Source: a virus (lineage: Duplodnaviria > Caudoviricetes). From it: a DNA stretch of 64,000 bases. The DNA is taken from IMG/VR virus record IMGVR_UViG_3300031993_000053, positions 9,502 through 73,501 of that record. One strand, written 5' to 3'. The notes beneath the pieces were generated by a model. That model saw only the letters and a list, made by a program, of their open reading frames with translations. It had not been told where the DNA came from and did no database searches. Below are positions 57,564 through 64,000 of the stretch, piece by piece. How positions within the stretch are numbered: the stretch's first letter is position 1; every line of letters begins with the position of its first letter. Position numbers and translations under genes: made by a program.

Positions 57564-58517
57564 TTAGTACCAAAAATATAGATATCCAGATTTTGTTGAT
57601 ACACTTCCTGGAGGATAAGTTGAGCTATTTAGTATAACGATTCCAATTTGTCCGCTTGTTAAATTAGGTAAATCATTTGGTGTATTATAATATTTAACTG
57701 TATTAGCAAGAGCTGCAACACCAGCTATAATTGATGACGGATTTATCCATTCAGGATTACCATCATTATTTCCAAGTATTTGGCCATTAGTTCCAGCTGC
57801 AACAAACCCAGTTGTTGATGCAGCAGTTTGAACTAATAATTGTCCTTTAGCTCCTTGCGGTTTATTTGAAGCATATCCAACACCAATATCAGCAGGATTC
57901 TTCCATATAGGAACAGCTTTGTTTGATGTAGTAGAATCTTTTTTAGTTGTTAAAATTTGGTCATTAATTCCAGCATCTGTAAAAGCTGTAGTATCAGCTG
58001 CTGTTTGATATGGAATTTTACCACTTGCTCCAGCAGCTAAATTTGTAGCTTTAATTGCAGTGCCAACATTTAGATTATCAGTTTTGACCCATGTTGGAGC
58101 TTGAGTTCCGCTTGAGTATACTTGCTGTAATAAATAAGTTCCAGCAATTGTTTGTGGCGACAAATAACCAGTAACACCAGAATCGCTTTGATAAGGAATA
58201 GAATATTTAACTGTACCAGATAAGCTTTTGGCAACTACGTTCGCAAAAGCTCCTTTAATAAAATCAGTCAAATCTGATTCATTTGTTTCAGTTCCTAAAG
58301 TAATTGTTGCACCACTATTAAGCCATGCAAGCGTATTAGCAAGTGCTCGATTAGCCAAACTAACCTCTCGTAATATAGTATTAAATACACGAGATGGTAT
58401 TGTTGCACCTGATGCAAAACCTTGCTTTTTAGCTGGATTAGTATTGAATGTTGATGATTCATCAAAGCTTGATGTATTATCACTTGACCATATATTAAAA
58501 TTATTTGTTACAGCCAT
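57564..58517 (-). CDS. short tail fibre-like protein
   Basis: N-terminal GFASG..IPSRVFNTILRE baseplate-anchor motif; G.IPYQ...T.F...GT.GQ.L repeats. Confidence 0.7.
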   Translation of the reverse strand: MAVTNNFNIWSSDNTSSFDESSTFNTNPAKKQGFASGATIPSRVFNTILREVSLANRALANTLAWLNSGATITLGTETNESDLTDFIKGAFANVVAKSLSGTVKYSIPYQSDSGVTGYLSPQTIAGTYLLQQVYSSGTQAPTWVKTDNLNVGTAIKATNLAAGASGKIPYQTAADTTAFTDAGINDQILTTKKDSTTSNKAVPIWKNPADIGVGYASNKPQGAKGQLLVQTAASTTGFVAAGTNGQILGNNDGNPEWINPSSIIAGVAALANTVKYYNTPNDLPNLTSGQIGIVILNSSTYPPGSVSTKSGYLYFWY

Positions 58518-58544
58518 AATATTCCTCCTAATAAATTCTAACTA

Positions 58545-58573
58545 TATTATATCATGTTTGTGTTTACTTGTAA
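58545..58573 (-). promoter_or_regulatory. canonical promoter of the virion operon
   Basis: TTTACA-N17-TATAAT (TG-extended) on minus strand, back-to-back with first AACGGCTTA promoter. Confidence 0.8.
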
Positions 58574-58732
58574 ATATCTAACGGCTTAAAAAATAAATTA
58601 ATTTTGATATAATATAAGGTTAGGCCTTTGAGGAACTCTGCTTCGCAAGAGTCTCTCATTTTTTATTAACGGCTTATTTAGCTAATATTATATGATATAA
58701 TATTAGTGTAAAATAATTAAGGAGGAATATAT

Positions 58733-58984
58733 ATGAAATTATTTATTTTAACACATTGTGCAGTTGAGGAAAATTACACACCACAAATATTTAAAACTAA
58801 AAAAGAAGCACAAAATAAAATGAAAGATATGGTTGATAGTCTTGTTTATGAGAGAGATTCAGATGGTGATGTGATTGACCAATACACAGATAATTTTGAA
58901 GTGTATGATAATCGTGCGGAAATTATTTATCCAGATGACACTTATGATTGTTTAGAAATATTTGAAGTTGAAATAGATATTTAA
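58733..58984 (+). CDS. small acidic early protein
   Basis: AAGGAGG RBS; own promoter. Confidence 0.75.
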   Translation: MKLFILTHCAVEENYTPQIFKTKKEAQNKMKDMVDSLVYERDSDGDVIDQYTDNFEVYDNRAEIIYPDDTYDCLEIFEVEIDI

Positions 58985-59134
58985 ATATTAACGGCTTATT
59001 TATATATTATAATATGATAAAATATATGTGATGTTTAGTGAGTTCCATCTATAAATAAAACTCGGGGAAATAATGGCCGTGATTCCCGAAATAAAACACA
59101 TTCGGCTAGCAAAGAAAGGTTAGGTAAAATTATA

Positions 59135-59464
59135 ATGGAAAAGCATGAAATTAAAACTGTTAAAACTAAGGAAGAATTAAAGTCTCTTTATGATGGATGG
59201 GCAATGACATGGGAAGGATTACGAGAACAAGATTTTGAACTCGCATGTCAAGAATGCGGAAGTAAAGAAACAACTGGTTATATTATCAAAGGAAAAACCA
59301 TGAATGAGATTTGCCATTTAAAAGGTAGTAATGCTTACCCAGACGATTTGAATATTTTTGCGATTGATAATTATCATGGACTCGCAATCCAATACGGTGC
59401 AAGATGGATGACCGATATTGTTGATAATAATGGAGCAAGAGAACAATATAATCCTTTCAAATAA
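59135..59464 (+). CDS. small early protein
   Basis: AGAAAGGTTAGGT RBS; own promoter and terminator. Confidence 0.75.
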   Translation: MEKHEIKTVKTKEELKSLYDGWAMTWEGLREQDFELACQECGSKETTGYIIKGKTMNEICHLKGSNAYPDDLNIFAIDNYHGLAIQYGARWMTDIVDNNGAREQYNPFK

Positions 59465-59484
59465 TCCATATATACTTCTTTCTA

Positions 59485-59525
59485 AATAAAGGTTTGAGTT
59501 AACTACTCAGACCTTTATTTTTTAT
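59485..59525 (+). terminator. intrinsic terminator
   Basis: AATAAAGGTTTGAGT-taact-ACTCAGACCTTTATT followed by T-run. Confidence 0.8.
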
Positions 59526-59534
59526 TTACTTTTA

Positions 59535-59975
59535 AAAACGGCAACGGCTTACAAAACCCAACGGCTTACAAATAGTAAGTGATTGTTATTGAATTTGCTC
59601 TTTTTATTAACGGCTTATTTTTAGGTTAATTTCTGATATAATATTATTGTAAATAATTAATAATAAATATTACTTAATTTATTAATTAATAAATTAAGTA
59701 GTAAATATTAACGGCTTAATTATATTATATAATATGATATAATATTATATGTAAAATGAATTAAGTAATAAATTATTTACTTAGTAATAAAGTATCATTT
59801 ATTAACGGCTTAATTAAGTCTTAAAATATGATATAATATTATTGTAAAATAAATTAAATAAATTAATTTATTTTAAATATAGAAATATTATATCTTAGAT
59901 TAACGGCTTTATTAAAAAGTAATTTATGATATAATATTATATGTAAAATAAATTATTAATAATTTATTTTAACTT
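59535..59975. repeat. array of four about 95-100-bp promoter+palindrome units, preceded by three bare AACGGC boxes
   Basis: Units start at 59609, 59710, 59804, 59902; perfect palindrome TACTTAATTTATTAATTAATAAATTAAGTA near 59670. Confidence 0.75.
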
Positions 59976-59999
59976 GCCAAAGAAAGGATGGTTAGGATT

Positions 60000-60284
60000 A
60001 TGGCAAGATTATTAACAAAAAAAGAAGTAGAACAAATTAAGGAAGTTGAAGCTCAAATTGAACTTTTGAAAAAACAACAACAAAAGTACAAGCAAGAGAT
60101 TTTGAAAAGAATGCAAAGTACGGGTCTAAAGAAAGTTGAGATCGATGATGTGACTTTTACAGTCAAAGAAGCTTTTGAAAGAACAGATTTAGACAAGAAA
60201 AAATTAGAAGTTGATTTTCCTGAACTAGTTAAAAAGTATTCAAAGACAACTCAAGTTGCTGAATCACTATTGATTAAACTATAA
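60000..60284 (+). CDS. coiled-coil early protein (Gp157/Gam-like)
   Basis: Coiled coil, then ..T...R..LDKKKL..DFPEL..KYSK.T....L.IK. Confidence 0.6.
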   Translation: MARLLTKKEVEQIKEVEAQIELLKKQQQKYKQEILKRMQSTGLKKVEIDDVTFTVKEAFERTDLDKKKLEVDFPELVKKYSKTTQVAESLLIKL

Positions 60285-60403
60285 GCTAATAGGGGCCCCG
60301 CCCCTTAGCGAATAGTTAACGGCTTAAATCATATATAAATATATGATATAATATATGTGTAAATTAGTGAATAATAAAATCTTAAGAAAGGGTAGGTAAA
60401 TGT

Positions 60404-61492
60404 ATGGATTTAAGATTTATTAAAACTGCTAAGGGTGGCGTAATGAGTATTCATTGCGGCAAAATCGTAACAACCAATATTTTTGATAAAGAAGGTTGGC
60501 TAGAAATTACAACAGATGATGCTAAGAAATTATTTAAATATGCATGTAGACAATTCCGTCATTGTTGTGATGAAAGTGATGAAAGAAAAGTATTAAATGA
60601 TTTAATTGTTGAACTTAAAAAAGTTTATACTAGTATTGGAGTTTTTGCTAAACCATATCGTAGAACAAAATCAAGTGTAAGTAGTTATTCAGTTAAAGAT
60701 GATGGAATTGAATATGATGGAGTAATTGATATCTCTGGTAAAAGTGAAGATGGTCCTCAACCTGAAAAAGCTGAAGTACCAATTGAAAAAAGACGTAAAG
60801 CTGTGTGTGAAAAAATCATTAAATTCTTTAGTGAATTTACATTTGTACCAGCAACAAGATTTGTAAATACTCTAAGTAAGTTTACAACTCAAAAAGACGC
60901 TAAGACATATATATCAAATTATATGAACTTAACAGACCACCCAGATAAAAATGAAATTAATGAAAAAATCAAATCAAGTGAATTTGGTGATATCTTAAAA
61001 GAATTATTTGATTGCCGTGGTGATAAAGTAATCAATAAACGATTAGAAATATATTATGGCCCTCAAGGAACTGGTAAAACAACTGAAGCTATCAATTTAT
61101 ATCCAGAAGCAAATATCACTGTTTGTAATGAATTAATGGACTCAGACTCAATCATGAAAGTATTTGATTTTAATGATGCAAATGGTCATCCCGTATTTAA
61201 GCCAAGTCAATTACAACTAGATATGATTGCTGGCCGCCCCCATATACTTGATGAAATGAACTTACTTCCACTAAATACTTTAAGATTTTTACAAGGTATT
61301 TTAGATAGTAAAGAAAAGATTAATTATGAAGGCAAAGAAATTGTTATTGCAGATGGTTTCAAAATTATTGGAACTATGAACTTAGTTGTAAATGGTCAAG
61401 TTTTTAGTTTACCTGAACCAATTGTTGACCGTGCCCAAAAATTAAAAGAATATACTGCAAATGAAGACCTACTTGCTAACTTTGCTTTCTAG
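60404..61492 (+). CDS. MoxR/dynein-related AAA+ ATPase
   Basis: YGPQGTGKTT, ILDEMNL, IIGTMN, LPEPIVDR. Confidence 0.88.
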   Translation: MDLRFIKTAKGGVMSIHCGKIVTTNIFDKEGWLEITTDDAKKLFKYACRQFRHCCDESDERKVLNDLIVELKKVYTSIGVFAKPYRRTKSSVSSYSVKDDGIEYDGVIDISGKSEDGPQPEKAEVPIEKRRKAVCEKIIKFFSEFTFVPATRFVNTLSKFTTQKDAKTYISNYMNLTDHPDKNEINEKIKSSEFGDILKELFDCRGDKVINKRLEIYYGPQGTGKTTEAINLYPEANITVCNELMDSDSIMKVFDFNDANGHPVFKPSQLQLDMIAGRPHILDEMNLLPLNTLRFLQGILDSKEKINYEGKEIVIADGFKIIGTMNLVVNGQVFSLPEPIVDRAQKLKEYTANEDLLANFAF

Positions 61493-61577
61493 CAAGGTTA
61501 GTAAGATACGGCTTATATAATAAAGAAAAAGTGATAAAATATATATAGAAATTAAGTAAGAAAGGTTAGGTTAGGTT

Positions 61578-63311
61578 ATGCTTAGTTTTGAAAAAGTAAA
61601 TAGTATTTTAGTGACTCTTCCAGTTGGTTATTATTTAGGTAGAAGAATTAACTGTGAATTAGAAGACTCTGACCAATCATATCATGACCCATTTAATGAT
61701 TTGATTGTTATTGGATTTAAACAATTACCATGTGTAGAAATTGAAGGTGACCTTGACGATGAAGAAATTGAAAAAGATATTCGTTGTATGTTATACCATG
61801 AAATATCACATGTATTAGCTACACCAAAAGAAATGTCACACTTTTATGTAAGTGATATTGCTGACAGGGCTTTTAGTATGGCAACTCATACATCAATAGA
61901 ATCATCTGCAAAGGCTAAAAATTATAAAAGAAGAATTAATGATTTTAATGAAAAAGATGTTCATGATATTCTTAATATCTTTGAAGACCAAAGAATTGAA
62001 ACTATATTTGGAAGCTATTTCAAGAATGTAGATTTTCCAAACTATGTTAAAAAAGTAAATCATTACGAAGGTCCAACTAAGCCAGTAGATACATTTGATG
62101 CCTTCTATCAAATTGTAAGATTTAATGATGGTCCAAAAGAATTTGTAAAACGAGTATATAATATTATTAAAGATTTTACGGTTGTAAAAGGTTATGATCA
62201 AGCAAATAGATATTTTGCAAAAGTTATGATATTATTCCTTGATATTCAAGATTATTATAAAATGGATGCAAAATGTGAAGAAAGAATTGCAAGTGAAGCA
62301 GGGGCCCCTACCAAAATTACAATCAAACTTGGTAGTAGCAAAGACACTCCTGATATTGAAATGCCAGATGCTCTAGATATTGACTTAAATAATGTTGAAA
62401 TAGAAATTGAAGATACAGATAAAGAAGAAGGTGATGGTGAAGATTCGCCAGCACATCATGATACTTCTAAAGAAACATCAGAAAAGTCAAAAGAGATTGA
62501 AGATGATAAATCAAAAATCTCTAAAGAAGATTTAGAAAAATTATTAGATGCAATTAAAGATTATTTAGTAAGATGCAAAAAGAGTATTATAGATGAAGAT
62601 ATAAAAGCTGACTATAAAAACGAACCACTAGATAATAAAGTTAAAACAATTATTTTGAATGCTCGTAGAAAGAAAGGTCTAACAGCTTCAAGCACACAAA
62701 CACATTTTGGTAAACTTAATCCAAAATATGTTGGTAGAAAAAGAATTGAAGATTATAAGTGGTTTGATAAATCATTAGATGGCGAAAAGAATAGCTCAAG
62801 TAAAATCCAACTAAATCTATTCGTAGATATTTCAGGTAGCTTTTCAGGTAGTCAGCAAAAGATTAATGAATTATTGTATAGTCTAAATGAATTACAAAAA
62901 CGAAATAAAGACTTCACATGCCGATTAGTGACTATGGGTAACGAGAATATCTTAAGAGATAGAGTTAGTGCGGTAATTTGTAGAGAAGGAAATTATTTAA
63001 AGAATGAAATAATTGATATCTATAAAAAAGTACAAAACAAAAATGCCACTAATTATAACATTGCGGTATTTGATGGTGATGCACAAAGTTTTGATGGAAT
63101 TAGTAGCTGGTCTGCAAGAGAAAGAATGAGAAAGACTCATGAAAAAGCTTGGTCAGCATGGAACCATCCAAACTGTGTAATCATTTCAGACCCATCTAAT
63201 CAAAGAGAATTTGATAAATGGTCACCAATTGCAAAACGAATTTATACATATGACTATGTAAGTAAATTAGAAGATAATATTATTAAAGCATTAGAAATGC
63301 TGTTTAAGTAA
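61578..63311 (+). CDS. vWA (MIDAS) protein with N-terminal HExxH module (CobT-like)
   Basis: YHEISH...NIFEDQRIE; FVDISGSF; VFDGD. Confidence 0.85.
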   Translation: MLSFEKVNSILVTLPVGYYLGRRINCELEDSDQSYHDPFNDLIVIGFKQLPCVEIEGDLDDEEIEKDIRCMLYHEISHVLATPKEMSHFYVSDIADRAFSMATHTSIESSAKAKNYKRRINDFNEKDVHDILNIFEDQRIETIFGSYFKNVDFPNYVKKVNHYEGPTKPVDTFDAFYQIVRFNDGPKEFVKRVYNIIKDFTVVKGYDQANRYFAKVMILFLDIQDYYKMDAKCEERIASEAGAPTKITIKLGSSKDTPDIEMPDALDIDLNNVEIEIEDTDKEEGDGEDSPAHHDTSKETSEKSKEIEDDKSKISKEDLEKLLDAIKDYLVRCKKSIIDEDIKADYKNEPLDNKVKTIILNARRKKGLTASSTQTHFGKLNPKYVGRKRIEDYKWFDKSLDGEKNSSSKIQLNLFVDISGSFSGSQQKINELLYSLNELQKRNKDFTCRLVTMGNENILRDRVSAVICREGNYLKNEIIDIYKKVQNKNATNYNIAVFDGDAQSFDGISSWSARERMRKTHEKAWSAWNHPNCVIISDPSNQREFDKWSPIAKRIYTYDYVSKLEDNIIKALEMLFK

Positions 63312-63322
63312 AGACTCTTGAC

Positions 63323-63412
63323 TTAGTTGAGAGTCTAATAGGTGGAACAAGTAGTGAAATCCTAACCTACCTAACCTAAGCTATTTGTTTCACCTCTTAG
63401 GCTCTCAACTAA
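63323..63412 (+). ncRNA. candidate anti-RBS hairpin sRNA
   Basis: About 31-bp stem; 26-nt loop TGAAATCCTAACCTACCTAACCTAAG antisense to early-gene leaders. Confidence 0.6.
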
Positions 63413-63481
63413 CGGTTTATATAATATATAGAATATGATAAAATATAATTACAATAAGTTAAGAAAGGTTAGGTAAAAGAA

Positions 63482-63760
63482 ATGACTTATCAAGAAATTT
63501 TAGAAAGAGCAAAAAGATTTGACATCCCAGTTTGGCAATTATTAGCGGCAAATGAAGTTAATTGTCAATTTGAAGATTTAAGTAGTGAAAATTTTGAACT
63601 ATTATCTGATTTTGTTTATGATTGGATTATGGATACAGATATGCCTGTAGATGAATTATGCCGATTAATTAAAGATTGTTTAGAAGATAAAGTCTTCACA
63701 TTAGATGACATTAAGAATGACCCTGAATTTGTAAGAGACGAATTAAATGAGAGGATTTAA
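63482..63760 (+). CDS. small acidic early protein
   Basis: AGAAAGGTTAGGT RBS; own promoter. Confidence 0.75.
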   Translation: MTYQEILERAKRFDIPVWQLLAANEVNCQFEDLSSENFELLSDFVYDWIMDTDMPVDELCRLIKDCLEDKVFTLDDIKNDPEFVRDELNERI

Positions 63761-63762
63761 TT

Positions 63763-64000
63763 ATGGCAAAATTTTATGGTCAAGTTTTTGGTGATAGAAC
63801 TGATGTTCATACTTTAGGCTCAAGAGGAATAAAAGTTAGTGCTCAAACATATGATGGTAGTGTCATTATTAGTTTAACTTATAATAAAGATAATGACCTA
63901 TGTGTTGTGCTTGAAACAAATCACGATTCAGCTGATTGTGGAGAGTCGTTGTTTAATGGCACATTTAAAGATTTTAATAAATTATTTGAAAAAGATGAGC
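63763..64000 (+). CDS. 3'-truncated hypothetical protein
   Basis: GAGG RBS; MAKFYGQVFGDRTDVHTLGSRGIKVSAQTYDGSVII...; open to window end. Confidence 0.65.
   Translation, partial: MAKFYGQVFGDRTDVHTLGSRGIKVSAQTYDGSVIISLTYNKDNDLCVVLETNHDSADCGESLFNGTFKDFNKLFEKDE

Larger units (their letters stand above)
58580..63444 (+). promoter_or_regulatory. cluster of AACGGCTTA-box/extended -10 promoters
   Basis: Boxes at 58580, 58668, 58990, 59609, 59710, 59804, 59902, 60318, 61507, 63411; C of CGG lies 26 nt before TA(T/A)AAT (27 nt at 60318). Confidence 0.85.

Noticed and set aside
59535-59975. CRISPR array
   Set aside because: Repeats are degenerate promoter motifs, spacers are AT palindromes, and there are no cas genes; the PD-(D/E)XK gene sits in a recombination operon
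58733-63760. Anti-CRISPR calls for small acidic early proteins
   Set aside because: Plausible by size and charge, but no recognisable family or aca gene; cannot be supported from sequence alone
1-64000. Integrase, repressor, att site (prophage)
   Set aside because: None recognised in the window and no host genes at the edges

Overview
64 kb of a very AT-rich, apparently lytic tailed phage read with the standard genetic code. The head/tail set is myovirus-type: DUF1073-like portal, DUF2213-like protease, DUF2184-like capsid, sheath/tube and baseplate J. The host is probably a low-GC Firmicute/Bacilli, possibly wall-less. Layout: 1-10 kb small accessory ORFs plus tRNA-Met and a candidate structured RNA; 10-22 kb replication and nucleotide metabolism; 22-25 kb large terminase; 25.3-58.5 kb (minus strand) virion genes in shuffled order; 58.6-64 kb an early region with a private promoter class and a MoxR-like AAA/vWA pair. 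Family names come from motif recognition only; no database search was run. Top leads: (1) The family-B DNA polymerase is broken inside catalytic motif A by a 22-nt C(UUCG)G hairpin insert with matching Val codons (GUG/GUU) and rare CGG codons. It lies directly downstream of a free-standing GIY-YIG endonuclease, so it is a candidate ribosomal-bypass plus homing cassette analogous to T4 gene 60/mobA. (2) A 31-bp hairpin at 63.3 kb has a loop antisense to an extended GGUUAGG motif shared by five early-gene translation starts, a candidate multi-target phage sRNA. (3) The ThyA homologue has Asn->Asp at the specificity residue and sits between a DUF1599/Nmad-like gene and a divergent dUTPase, a candidate cytosine-modification cassette. 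(4) Several acidic multi-domain head-region proteins are punctuated by xxD-[S/A] motifs, candidate protease-processed virion cargo.
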